Shown here: positions 9,242 to 18,599 of the stretch, piece after piece
Numbering within the stretch: the stretch's first letter is position 1
Layout of the letters: each line of letters begins with the position of its first letter
DNA from: an uncultured delta proteobacterium
GTDB taxonomy: Bacteria; Myxococcota; Kuafuiibacteriia; Kuafuiibacteriales; Kuafuiibacteriaceae
Direction of reading: 5' to 3'
DNA length: 64,000 bases
Assembly (NCBI GenBank): GCA_963803435.1
Contig: CAWDML010000007.1
Coordinates: 192,001-256,000, forward strand
Program-made: the position numbers and the translations under genes
The notes under the pieces: generated by a model
Told to the model about the DNA's origin: nothing
The model's database searches: none
Seen by the model: the letters and a program-made list of their open reading frames with translations, nothing else

Positions 9242-9826
9242 CTCGGTGGTCTCGATGGTGAGCCGGTAGCCGAACCAGCCGTTCTGGAACTCCATCTTCG
9301 CCGGCGGATCGCCGGGTCGCATCCCTCCGGCGTAGCGGATCACCAGCTCGCCGGGGGGCTGGCCGTCGAGACGCGTCACGTGTCGCTCGTAGAGGCGGCC
9401 GTCCTTCCAGGTCTCCCGCACGTGCTCGCCCTCCCGATCGAACTCGTCCGTTCCGTCGGGCCGGACCTGCCCGATCCGGAGCGTGCGCTGGATGTCGAGG
9501 AGGATGTACTTCGGTGGGAACGGGAGCTCCCGGTCGACGTAGTTGGTGAACCGGATGTCCGTGCCGGTCTGCACCAGGAGGAACGCGCGGCTGCCGAAGG
9601 GCGTGAGACCGAGCAGCGTGAGGGCGTCGCCGACCTTCTGGAGCACGGCGTCGAACGAGATCTCGCGCTTCTCATCAAAGACGGCGCTGATCTTCTGGCG
9701 AAGCATGAAGTCGGCGCCGAGAGCAGCCGGCGGATGGAGCACGCCGGGATACTCCGGCGGCGGGTGGGTGGCCGCGGGCGTCGCGCAGCCGCACAAGAGG
9801 ACCGAGAGGGCCGGAGCGAGCCTCAC
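9227..9826 (-). CDS. DUF3261-family lipoprotein (APE-like cluster)
   Basis: GTG start MRLAPALSVLLCGC with lipobox; LLGLTPFGSRAF and PFPPKYILLDIQ motifs; cluster context. Confidence 0.75.
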   Translation of the reverse strand: MRLAPALSVLLCGCATPAATHPPPEYPGVLHPPAALGADFMLRQKISAVFDEKREISFDAVLQKVGDALTLLGLTPFGSRAFLLVQTGTDIRFTNYVDRELPFPPKYILLDIQRTLRIGQVRPDGTDEFDREGEHVRETWKDGRLYERHVTRLDGQPPGELVIRYAGGMRPGDPPAKMEFQNGWFGYRLTIETTEVRKL

Positions 9827-10428
9827 GGCGTACCGAAGAACTTCTTCTTCTCCGCGTCGGAGAAGCGGCGCCCGGTATCGACGTCGTGGAACGTGGTCTC
9901 GGTGCGGTCGCCGCTCGCCTCCTCGACGATCAGCTTCTCCACCTTTACGCCCCTTCCCTGGACCCGCATCCGGTCGATGATCTTCGAGATGGGTGCCTTC
10001 TTGGGACGGAGCTCGAGCTCCCAAGGGAGACCCGGTGTGAGCTTCATGGTGAAGGTCTCCTCGAGCCCGGCGCGGTCGCCGGCGAGGAGGAGGACGAAGC
10101 TGTTGACGAAGGCGCGGACCACCGGGTTGTTGCCGACGTCGATCTCCTGGCTGTTCTTGCCGTCGTCGAAGTAGAGCCGATCTCCGGAGATCACGACGCG
10201 CGAGGCGGTGGGTTTGGTGGTCTGGCGCGCCAGCATCGAGGGCGGAGAGAAGCGGATCATCCCCTCGGTGCTGAGCGGCGCGGCCAGCAGGGTGATGTGC
10301 TTCTCTTCGGTGAACCTCGCCTCCAGGCCGGGGATCGCGGAGAGCTGCTTCATCAGCGCGTCCAGGTCGTCGGCGTGCGCGACCCGCGGGAGGAGGAGGA
10401 GGAGGAGAGCGGCGAACAGCTCACGCAA
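9823..10428 (-). CDS. LolA-like outer-membrane lipoprotein carrier
   Basis: Signal peptide, ARFTEEKHITLLAAPLSTEG, and C-terminal EASGDRTETTF. Confidence 0.8.
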   Translation of the reverse strand: MRELFAALLLLLLPRVAHADDLDALMKQLSAIPGLEARFTEEKHITLLAAPLSTEGMIRFSPPSMLARQTTKPTASRVVISGDRLYFDDGKNSQEIDVGNNPVVRAFVNSFVLLLAGDRAGLEETFTMKLTPGLPWELELRPKKAPISKIIDRMRVQGRGVKVEKLIVEEASGDRTETTFHDVDTGRRFSDAEKKKFFGTP

Positions 10429-10825
10429 CGAGCTTGCTCCGCACGGGCTCGGGCGTCTCCAGGAACATGTTGCCCTCCATGTCCGTGGTGACCAGCGCCG
10501 TCTTGCCGCGCGCAGAGCGCCGGCCCTGCGTCAGGTTGTAGATCTCGTAGGCGATGTTGATCCGGTTATCGATGTCGACGATCTCCGCGGTCACGCGAAA
10601 GCGCTCGCCGTAGCGGAGCGGGAACGCGTAGCGGCAGCGCGACTCGATCACGTAGAGCGCGTAGCCGAGCACCAGCATATCGGGCCCGTCGAGCCCTTGG
10701 GCGCGCAGGAGGTGAGTCCGCGCGATCTCCATGTATTTGTAGTAGTGGCCGTGCCAGACGACGTGGAGCGGATCCACGTCGTGGAACGGCACCTCGAGCT
10801 CGACGGCGGTGCGGGGAAGCTTCAT
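10421..10825 (-). CDS. Acyl-CoA/ACP thioesterase (4HBT hot-dog fold)
   Basis: VPFHDVDPLHVVWHGHYYKYMEIAR motif. Confidence 0.9.
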   Translation of the reverse strand: MKLPRTAVELEVPFHDVDPLHVVWHGHYYKYMEIARTHLLRAQGLDGPDMLVLGYALYVIESRCRYAFPLRYGERFRVTAEIVDIDNRINIAYEIYNLTQGRRSARGKTALVTTDMEGNMFLETPEPVRSKLVA

Positions 10826-11745
10826 TGCTCCTCCCAGAAGTCGAAGAAGTTGAACCAGTTGTCGGGCTGCTCGCGGCAGTAGTGTTCGAGCCGCGCGGCG
10901 TATCGCTCCGCGAGGGCGGCCAGCGCCTCCGGGCGGCCCTTCCGGGGGAGCTTCAGATCCTCGGCGAACGGCTCGCAGAAGAGCGAGTAACGGTCGCCGC
11001 CGCGATAGAGGCCGATCGTCAGGAAGATGGGACACCCCAACGAGGCCGCCAGTTGATAGGCGCCCGTGGGAAAGCGCGCCGGTGCTCCCAGGAAGGGGAC
11101 GGTCGCCTGACGTCCGTCCGAGCCCACGCGATCACCCATGATCGCGACCAGCTCGCCAGCCTCGATCCGCTCGCGGACCTTGAAGATGAAGTCGAGCCCC
11201 GCGTTCACCTCGAGCATGCGGATGTTGATGTCCGGGTTCAAGCCGACCAGAACGCGGTTGATCATCTGCGCGTTGAGGTTGTTGACGAGGACGTTGATCC
11301 GGAAGCGCTTCTCCTCCGCGAACGCGCGCATCGCCTGGAAGCTGCCGAGGTGCGCGCCGAGCAGGATCGCGCCGCGCTTCTCCTCATGGAGGCGGGCCAG
11401 GTGCTCGTGTCCGGTGCGATCGACCGAGAACGCGGAGGTCTTGCCGCGCACGAAGAAGACCCGGTCCACGATGCACTGCCCGAAGCGAAGCGAGTGCCGG
11501 TAGGCGTCCCAGAAGCCGTGGGGCCGCCCGAGCCTCGCCAGGTACTTCTGCGAGGCCTTGCGCATGCCGCGGTGGAAGACCGTGTAGTAGAAGATCACCA
11601 GCGCGAGAAAGCCGCGCGCCACCGGACGGCCGAAGAACGTCACCAACCAGACGAAGAACTTGATCCCGAGGACCGAGCCCTTCTCGGCGACCTCGAGCCA
11701 TCCCCGCGACGGCGAGGAGACCGGTTCGAGCGCCGTCTGGCTCAC
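10822..11745 (-). CDS. LpxL/LpxP-like acyltransferase
   Basis: GAILLGAHLGSF, MGDR and C-terminal PDNWFNFFDFW. The GTG start overlaps the GT2 stop. Confidence 0.85.
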   Translation of the reverse strand: MSQTALEPVSSPSRGWLEVAEKGSVLGIKFFVWLVTFFGRPVARGFLALVIFYYTVFHRGMRKASQKYLARLGRPHGFWDAYRHSLRFGQCIVDRVFFVRGKTSAFSVDRTGHEHLARLHEEKRGAILLGAHLGSFQAMRAFAEEKRFRINVLVNNLNAQMINRVLVGLNPDINIRMLEVNAGLDFIFKVRERIEAGELVAIMGDRVGSDGRQATVPFLGAPARFPTGAYQLAASLGCPIFLTIGLYRGGDRYSLFCEPFAEDLKLPRKGRPEALAALAERYAARLEHYCREQPDNWFNFFDFWEEQ

Positions 11746-12530
11746 GGGCGCGACCCCGATCCGAACAGACGGCTCACGGTGCGCCACATCCGCAGCAAGA
11801 CCAGCCGCGTGTGCATCCAGCTGATCAGCACATTGTCCTTGAAGAGGCGGAAGTGCGACACGCCGCCGTCGGCCTGGGAGACGTAGCGAACCTGGGTGGG
11901 CACGTTGACGATCGGGAGCCCGGCCCAGGCCAAGCGCACCGCAACCTCCGGATCGAAGTCCATGTGATCCGCTTGGACGGCGGCGGCGAGCGCTTCATCC
12001 ACCGGATAGATCCGAAAGCCGCACATCGGATCCTCGATCAGACCGGGCCGGGTCTCGAGGTTGGTCCAGAAGATCGTGATCTGGCGAGCCCACAGACGGG
12101 CCTTGGGCGCGCTCGCGTCGAATCGCGGCGCGGCCAGCACCAGCGCGCGCGGCTCGCGGTACACCTCTTCGAGCAGCCGCGGGATGTCCTCGATGGTGTG
12201 CTGCCCGTCGGCGTCGATCTGGAGAGCGTGCGTGAAGCCGCGCGCCTTCGCCCGCAGGAGTCCGTCCTTCACCGCGGCGCCCTTTCCTCCGTTCTCCGAC
12301 CGGTGCACCACGTCGGCCAGCCCGTCGGCGACCAGGCGCTCGCAAGCGGCCCGGCCTTCGGACCCGCTGCCATCGTTCACCACGATCACGTCCGCGATGT
12401 ACGGGCGGACCTGCTCGACGACGCCCCGGATGGTGGCCGGGTTGTCGTACGTGGGGACCACGACGCACAGCTTGAGGGCGCTCGCCGCCGATCGTTCGAG
12501 CGCTCTGCCCGCCACCACCATCGCGCTCAC
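11742..12530 (-). CDS. Glycosyltransferase family 2
   Basis: VVPTYDN, VNDGS, NGGKGAA, QIDADGQH, DPMCGFRIYP and GGVSHFR motifs. Confidence 0.9.
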   Translation of the reverse strand: MSAMVVAGRALERSAASALKLCVVVPTYDNPATIRGVVEQVRPYIADVIVVNDGSGSEGRAACERLVADGLADVVHRSENGGKGAAVKDGLLRAKARGFTHALQIDADGQHTIEDIPRLLEEVYREPRALVLAAPRFDASAPKARLWARQITIFWTNLETRPGLIEDPMCGFRIYPVDEALAAAVQADHMDFDPEVAVRLAWAGLPIVNVPTQVRYVSQADGGVSHFRLFKDNVLISWMHTRLVLLRMWRTVSRLFGSGSRP

Positions 12531-12865
12531 CTGAAGAACAGCGTCCCGCCGGCGCACTCGACCTGGCCGCGGATCATGGAGACGTCGACGCTCTTCTTGT
12601 CCATCTTGCGCTTGAGCCGCACCACTAGCTCGTCGTTGGCCCGGATGGGCGAGCGGAACTTCATCTTGGTGGCCCGCTCGAGCGTGCCGAGGTCGGGCCA
12701 GAGGCGCTCGATGCGCGGCAGGATCACGACATCGAGCTGCACGACCGCGGCGAGGATCGGCTCACCGTCGAAGTGGCCCTCGAAGTACATCAGGTCGCCC
12801 GGGACCCGGATGTGGAAGGCGTGCTCGGAGTCGAGCTCGACGACATCAGTGACCTCTCTCTTCAT
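12527..12865 (-). CDS. ApeI-like 3-hydroxyacyl-ACP dehydratase
   Basis: YFEGHFDGEPILAAVVQL and KFRSPI hot-dog motifs. Confidence 0.8.
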   Translation of the reverse strand: MKREVTDVVELDSEHAFHIRVPGDLMYFEGHFDGEPILAAVVQLDVVILPRIERLWPDLGTLERATKMKFRSPIRANDELVVRLKRKMDKKSVDVSMIRGQVECAGGTLFFR

Positions 12866-13421
12866 GGCGAAACCTGTACCGTCGGACGATGTATTCGATC
12901 GCGAAGAGAACGCCCATCAATACGTAAGCGATCAGGCCGCTGTACAGCGTCCAGAGCTCGAGCGGGCCCCGGATCGCCAAAAAAGCCGCGATCGACCCGT
13001 TGGCGACGAAAAAGCCGCACCAGACCCAGGTGACCTGCCGGCAGTGCACTGCGTGATCCGGGGGGAGGTCCGGGTTCTGCATCCGGGCGAAGCGCTCGAT
13101 CATGGGCATCCCGCGGACCAGCGACGCACCGAAGGTCACCAGCAGCGCGGCGCTGATCAGCACCGGCAATGCCAGCATGAAACGACGGTCCTCGAGGATC
13201 GCCGACAGCGCGATGAGCGCAATCACCGAGATGGGGACCGGGAGGATGGCGCTGAGGTGCTCCCTCCGCCGGCCGCGCAGGCGGAGCGCGACGAGCGGCA
13301 ACAGCAGGCAGAGCAGGAGCAGGCTGAGCGCCCGGACCGAGAACCGCGACAGTCCGAAGTAGACAGCGACCGGGTAGGCGACGGCGAGCAGCGTTCCCAG
13401 GATGCTCAAGGCGAGTCGCAA
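12846..13421 (-). CDS. COG4648-type membrane protein of APE-like clusters
   Basis: AYPVAVYFG, PMIERFAR, CRQVTWVWCGFF and WTLYSGLIAY motifs. Confidence 0.8.
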   Translation of the reverse strand: MRLALSILGTLLAVAYPVAVYFGLSRFSVRALSLLLLCLLLPLVALRLRGRRREHLSAILPVPISVIALIALSAILEDRRFMLALPVLISAALLVTFGASLVRGMPMIERFARMQNPDLPPDHAVHCRQVTWVWCGFFVANGSIAAFLAIRGPLELWTLYSGLIAYVLMGVLFAIEYIVRRYRFRHEERGH

Positions 13422-13422
13422 G

Positions 13423-13686
13423 TCACCCTTCTCGCAGCAGGCGCTCCGCGAGATCGACGACGTCGTTGACGGTACGGAGGGTGCGCAGCGAGTCCTCGTC
13501 GACCCGCTTGCCGGTGAGGTCCTGCATCTTCACGGCCATGTCGATGGCGTCGATGCTGTCGAGGTCGAGGTCCTCGAAGAGACGGGACTCAGGCGTGATC
13601 TCGCCGGCCTCCATCTCGAACGTCTCGGACATCGTCCGCACGATCTCCGCGAGGATCTCCTGGCGGGAGACTTCCTTCTTCATCAT
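13423..13686 (-). CDS. Acyl carrier protein
   Basis: LFEDLDLDSIDAID phosphopantetheine motif; acidic, 87 aa. Confidence 0.9.
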   Translation of the reverse strand: MMKKEVSRQEILAEIVRTMSETFEMEAGEITPESRLFEDLDLDSIDAIDMAVKMQDLTGKRVDEDSLRTLRTVNDVVDLAERLLREG

Positions 13687-13955
13687 GGTCGATCCGCCTC
13701 CGGGCGGTGCTTCGCCACGTAGGCGGCGAGCGACTTCACCGAGCGGAAGGTCTCTCGGGTGTTCGGATCGTCAGCCGCGATCTTCACCTTGAACTTGCGA
13801 TCGACCGCGATCGCGAGCTCGAGCGCATCGATCGAATCGAGGCCGAGCCCCTCTCCGAAGAGCGGTGCGTCGCTGTCGATCTCGTCGGGCTTGACGTCTT
13901 CGAGCATCAAAGCCTCGACGATGAGCTCCTTGAGGTCTTTTTCGAGGGTACTCAT
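13683..13955 (-). CDS. Acyl carrier protein
   Basis: MSTLEKDLKELI...LFGEGLGLDSIDALEL. Confidence 0.9.
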   Translation of the reverse strand: MSTLEKDLKELIVEALMLEDVKPDEIDSDAPLFGEGLGLDSIDALELAIAVDRKFKVKIAADDPNTRETFRSVKSLAAYVAKHRPEADRP

Positions 13956-14734
13956 GTGTGTGCCGGTGCGGTCCCACGAACCTTGCTGAGCAAGAGGTCG
14001 CGGACCTGTTTCATGGCCGAGCGGACGCTCGTTCGACCCGTCTCGATGGCGACGGGCTCGAGCGCGTTCAGCCGATAATCCACGAAAGCGTTCGGAAAGC
14101 GGTACCACGGCACCCCCTTCATGAGGGCGGGGGGCTGGCAGTGGATGTAGACGGGGACCAGCGGCGCGCCGGCGCGTGCGGCCATCTCGAACGGGCTCCG
14201 CATGAAGGGGTGCATCTCGTTCGGCGGGGACCGGGTGCCCTCGGGGAAGATCAACACCCCGTACCCCTGCGAGAGGCGATCGATGGCCTCGTTGAGGACG
14301 TCGGAGGCGCGCACGGAGCCGTCGCTCCCGCCTCCGTCGATGTACCCAGCCGCCCTCAACATGCGTCCCACGTTCACGCCCTGGATCAACGAACGTTTGA
14401 CGACGACACAAAGGCGGTCGTAGCTCGCGATGAGCGCTATCACGTCGATCAGGGTGGGGTGGTTCGCGATCAGCACGTAGGGACCCGAGGGCGTATCGGT
14501 GAGGGAGCGCCTCGGGTCCACATCGATCAGGTGGAGGCCGCGGAGCAGATCGCAGAACTGCCGGAAGGCCGCCTTGATGACGCGCTGCACCCGGTCGCGA
14601 ACCTGGGCAGGGTCGTTCACCCGCCACTCGAGGTACGGCACGTAGAGGTTGGCGACGACGAAGCCCCCGCCCCAGAAGTAGAGGAAGGAGAAGCCCACCA
14701 AGGAGATCTGAAGGAGCCTGAGGAGCGTTCGCAC
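13952..14734 (-). CDS. PlsC-type lysophospholipid acyltransferase
   Basis: IANHPTLID and IFPEGTRS motifs. The start is approximate. Confidence 0.88.
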   Translation of the reverse strand: MRTLLRLLQISLVGFSFLYFWGGGFVVANLYVPYLEWRVNDPAQVRDRVQRVIKAAFRQFCDLLRGLHLIDVDPRRSLTDTPSGPYVLIANHPTLIDVIALIASYDRLCVVVKRSLIQGVNVGRMLRAAGYIDGGGSDGSVRASDVLNEAIDRLSQGYGVLIFPEGTRSPPNEMHPFMRSPFEMAARAGAPLVPVYIHCQPPALMKGVPWYRFPNAFVDYRLNALEPVAIETGRTSVRSAMKQVRDLLLSKVRGTAPAHT

Positions 14735-14882
14735 CGGCTGCTGCTCCGAGACCGCCAAGTAAGCGGAGGTCGGCCGGAAATGCAACCGAAACGGTCCGAG
14801 ATTTTTGCGACCCTCGGGCACCCCGGCGCCCTCGGCCAGGCGGGAAGGGCCCGGAGCCGCCCCTGGCTCGGGGCAGGAGCGC

Positions 14883-16556
14883 TCAGAAGAGCGCGAGGTG
14901 GGCGTGGTCGAAGTGATCGTGCGAGGGGCTGGGGAAGCCGCTCAGATGATCATAGAAGAGCTCCCGCGGATGCTGGCCGGCGAAGTGCCGGACGAACGCG
15001 GCGATCTTCGGCTCGAAGCGTGCGGAGCCGGGGATGGCAACGTCGATCGCGTGGCCCTTCCCATCCGGGTTGCTCGCGGGATAGTGGTACGAGCCCGGCG
15101 CGTGCGTGCCGTGGGTCGTCGACGTGATGGTCAGGCCGTGCCGTACGGCCCACTTGGCTGCCTCCTGAAGCTTGGGCGCGAGCTCGTGGTAGAACGGGAT
15201 CCGCGCGATGATCGCAGCGTCGCTCTTCTCCTTGATCCGCTTCGAGATGAGCCGGTTCGTCGCCGAGCCGACCCCGTTCCTCCCGTGGATGTGGAAGTGC
15301 GCCCGCAGGCGATCGGCCGCCCGCTCGGTGGCCTTGGTGTACATCCCGTCGATCTTGCCGGGGTTGTAGCCGGCCTTCTTGAGCCGACGCTCGGTTCGCT
15401 TCACGGCGGCGGAGCGCTCTCCGATCCGCTGCGTGGGGCTGAACGCGCTGCGCGTCTCCATGGTCGCGTGCTTGAGCTTGCGCCAGGTGTTCGGTCCGAG
15501 CTGCTGGGTCTCACCGAGACCGGAGCGCCGCTGGAACTGGTTGAGCATCGCCTGCGTGTGCGGCGTCCACTTGCCCCAGCTGCGGTCGCCTTCCTTGCCG
15601 TGGTTCGGATCGTATCCGGCCGCCTTGAGATGATCCTGCATGTAGCCGATCAACGCGCGCGGCGAGTTGGGCCCGATGCGCTGGCCGTTCTGGAACGCCC
15701 TCGCCATCCTGCGATCACGGTTTCGCCGCGTCGTCGAGGGCGTGACCCGGCGACGGTACGGATCGTGCGCGATGTTCTTGAGCTCTGAGCTCAGCGCCTT
15801 GTCCGCCTTGCCTCCCCACGAGCGAATGTTGTTGTTCAGGCTCGGGTGCCGCTTTCGGAAGGACTGCACGGCGTCGGCGGTCGTCTGGCCGTAGATGCCG
15901 TCGGGCGTCCCTTGAAAGTCTCCGAGCCGCGCCAACCGCTGCTGGAGCCTCTTCACCTTGTCGCTCTTCATCCCGGGCGTCAGGTAGCTGCTGTTCTGCG
16001 CGTGGATCCGCTTGACCGTACTCTCGAGCCGCTTGAGCGTTCGATCCGTCGGTTCGCCCGCCTGCTCTCCGTTGAGACCCACGGCCGCCTGGAACTCGGC
16101 GAGCGCCTGCCGGCTCTTGGGCGTGAGCTGCGTGTCGATGGTCCCCGGATCGTAGCCGAGCTGCTTGAGCCACCGCTCGGCCTTCCGAATCTCTTGCGGG
16201 GTCGCCGGCGTGGTATCGGTGCGCGTTGCGCTGAACGATCCCCGCGCCAGCGTGCTGAAGCTGGGCCCGCCGAGATCGCCGAGCAGCGATCCCGTTCCGA
16301 AAGGCACCTCGCTCAACCGGTCGCCCAAAAGCCGGGCGAGGTCGTCGTTGACCAGCTCGTGGTAGCCTTTGGGGAGCTGCCCCCTGGCCAGCATCTCCCG
16401 GAGCTCGGGATCGAGGCTCGTCGCGACCCGGACCGCCTCCTGCAGCTCCGGATCGGCCTTCGCCGCCTCCGGTGAGGAGAGATCGACCTGTCGGAGGAGC
16501 TCAACGATCCGCGCAAGATCAGAGCGCTCCCGGGTACCCAATTGGACGCCAGCCAT
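14883..16556 (-). CDS. Multi peptidoglycan-binding-domain protein with C-terminal Zn peptidase (M15/Hedgehog-like) domain
   Basis: About four PG_binding_1 repeats (LGYDPGTID, GTPDGIYG, AAGYDP, AGYNPGKIDG). The C-terminus has SYH...HAIDV...DHFDHAH. Confidence 0.75.
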   Translation of the reverse strand: MAGVQLGTRERSDLARIVELLRQVDLSSPEAAKADPELQEAVRVATSLDPELREMLARGQLPKGYHELVNDDLARLLGDRLSEVPFGTGSLLGDLGGPSFSTLARGSFSATRTDTTPATPQEIRKAERWLKQLGYDPGTIDTQLTPKSRQALAEFQAAVGLNGEQAGEPTDRTLKRLESTVKRIHAQNSSYLTPGMKSDKVKRLQQRLARLGDFQGTPDGIYGQTTADAVQSFRKRHPSLNNNIRSWGGKADKALSSELKNIAHDPYRRRVTPSTTRRNRDRRMARAFQNGQRIGPNSPRALIGYMQDHLKAAGYDPNHGKEGDRSWGKWTPHTQAMLNQFQRRSGLGETQQLGPNTWRKLKHATMETRSAFSPTQRIGERSAAVKRTERRLKKAGYNPGKIDGMYTKATERAADRLRAHFHIHGRNGVGSATNRLISKRIKEKSDAAIIARIPFYHELAPKLQEAAKWAVRHGLTITSTTHGTHAPGSYHYPASNPDGKGHAIDVAIPGSARFEPKIAAFVRHFAGQHPRELFYDHLSGFPSPSHDHFDHAHLALF

Positions 16557-16872
16557 ACGAGACGTATCGGCGCCACCTGTCCGAGGGTCCGTTACCTTGC
16601 ACCCGTAATAAAAGTGTGCGGTCTGACACGACATTCTACGACATCTGCTCCCGTCCGGGTGCGGACGGCGAAGATCGTTTGCTTGTTCCGATGCGCCATG
16701 CCAAGGTCCCGCCGCGTCTCGGAAAATGAAGAGACGAACCTTCAGGTAGCGCCTGCTCCGTTCGAACGCCTTTCTCTGACAGGAACGGCTCCATTCGCTG
16801 GATTTCAGGTTCCATCTCGAGCGGGGACAAGCTCGTCCTCCGCGAAGGCTTTTCGAAAAGGGAATCATTTCA

Positions 16873-17163
16873 ATGGGCTCCAAACTCTACGTCGGCAACC
16901 TCTCGTATGACACCACCGAAGCGGATCTCCGCGAGGCCTTCGGCGCCGACGATCGCACCGTCATGGAAGTCGCCGTCGTCATGGATCGCGACACCGGCCG
17001 TCCGCGCGGGTTCGCGTTCGTGACCATGGGATCGAACGCCGACGCGCAGGCCGCGATCTCCGCGCTCGACGGAACCTCGCTTCAGGGGCGCAGCCTCAAG
17101 GTGAGCGAGGCGCAGGAGCGCAGCTCCGCCGGCGCCGGTGGAAACCGGGCGCGTCGCTACTAA
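16873..17163 (+). CDS. RRM/RNP-1 RNA-binding protein
   Basis: RNP2 LYVGNL, RNP1 RGFAFVTM and a Gly-rich tail. Confidence 0.95.
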   Translation: MGSKLYVGNLSYDTTEADLREAFGADDRTVMEVAVVMDRDTGRPRGFAFVTMGSNADAQAAISALDGTSLQGRSLKVSEAQERSSAGAGGNRARRY

Positions 17164-17175
17164 CCTCGACTCCGA

Positions 17176-18585
17176 TCATCGACAGGCGCCGCCCTCCGGG
17201 GCGAGCGCCACGATCGATCCCTCCCACGGCAACATCACATAGAGACAGCGCCCGACGTTGCGAAAGCGCGTCGGCGCACCGTGCCCGATCATGACCACGT
17301 CGGGGAGAAAGCGGTGGCTTGCTCGGTCGAAGAAGCCGACGTAGCCGTCCTTCTCCTCCTGGTCGAGAAGACCGACCGCCAGCAAGCCCGGGATGCCGGT
17401 GAGCTCGAGCGAGGTGGGCGTGAGGCGCGCACGACCTTGGGCGATCGGTGCCGCCTCGCGGCGCACCAGCTTCTCCCGATCCACCACGAGTACCACCCCC
17501 TCGAACACGTCGACGACGACAGCCTCCTCCGACTCCACGAGCACGGCGACGCTCCCCAGGTTCGGATGTCCGCTGCCGAGCGCAACGGCTGTCGCCCCGC
17601 GTTCGAGATCGTCGGGATAGAACAGGACCTGCCGGAGGCCGGTGTCGCTGACCAGCCACCCGCCGTTGTCCCGGGCGAGATGGGCGAGCTCCGCGCTCTC
17701 CTCGATGGGGCGCGTGGGCTTTCGCTGGAACGCGCCGTCGAGCACGACCAGCTCGTAGCGCAGGCTCGCGCTCCCGTGGATCTCGGCGATGATCGCCGTG
17801 TCGCCCGAGACCGGGTCGAAGCGGGCGTCGCGCACCAGCAGGGACTCGTCCTCGCCGATCGACAGCCGGAAGGCCCCCGTGGCGGTCACGCTCTCGGGGC
17901 CGACCGCGGTCAAGGAGAGCGCGTCGTCGAAGATCCCGAGCGTCGCGCCGTCCTTCCAGGGGACGAGGCGCTGGAGGCAGTCGGGGACGAGAGGCGCCGG
18001 GCGCCCGACGGGACCCAGCGTGCGGGTGCCGCCCTGGTCGCACGAGAGGGTGTCGAGGAAGCGGCTGTTCCCGAGCACGATCGGCGTGGGCGCGGCCGCC
18101 TCCGGGACCACGAAGTCGTCGAGGTAGCCCGAGCGAAGCGCGCGGTTGGTCAGCCGAACGTCCTGCTCCTGGTAGAAGCTGGGTACGTCGGTGCGGCGCT
18201 CGTCGGTCACCAGGATCCGGCGATCCAGATGATAGGGCGGCGTCCCGCCGGCCCGCTCGATCACGTAGGTACAAGCCTCGCAGCGGAGCTCGTTCGACCG
18301 GTCCGAGCCGGTGATCGTGCAGCCGGCACGGGGCGCGATCGAGACCGTCTCTCCCTCCGCAGTCGCCTCGAACGGAAGGCCGTCGCCCTGGCAGGAGCGT
18401 CCCTCGATCGAGAGCCGGCAGCCGTCGAGGGTCAGCATCGGCTCGCAGGGACAGCTGCCCTCCACGAGCAGCGTCCAGCCCGCCGCGCACGATCCCTGCG
18501 AAGACGGCGCGTCGTAGAAGAATAGATCGCAGCCGCCCGCGGCGACCGTCACGGCGAGCAGGGCGGTGAGCCTCAACGTCGACAT
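17176..18585 (-). CDS. Cys-rich lipoprotein, probable beta-propeller
   Basis: MSTLRLTALLAVTVAAGGC lipobox, Cys-rich N-terminal domain, beta-rich remainder. Confidence 0.6.
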   Translation of the reverse strand: MSTLRLTALLAVTVAAGGCDLFFYDAPSSQGSCAAGWTLLVEGSCPCEPMLTLDGCRLSIEGRSCQGDGLPFEATAEGETVSIAPRAGCTITGSDRSNELRCEACTYVIERAGGTPPYHLDRRILVTDERRTDVPSFYQEQDVRLTNRALRSGYLDDFVVPEAAAPTPIVLGNSRFLDTLSCDQGGTRTLGPVGRPAPLVPDCLQRLVPWKDGATLGIFDDALSLTAVGPESVTATGAFRLSIGEDESLLVRDARFDPVSGDTAIIAEIHGSASLRYELVVLDGAFQRKPTRPIEESAELAHLARDNGGWLVSDTGLRQVLFYPDDLERGATAVALGSGHPNLGSVAVLVESEEAVVVDVFEGVVLVVDREKLVRREAAPIAQGRARLTPTSLELTGIPGLLAVGLLDQEEKDGYVGFFDRASHRFLPDVVMIGHGAPTRFRNVGRCLYVMLPWEGSIVALAPEGGACR

Positions 18586-18599
18586 GACGGTCGAGCGCC

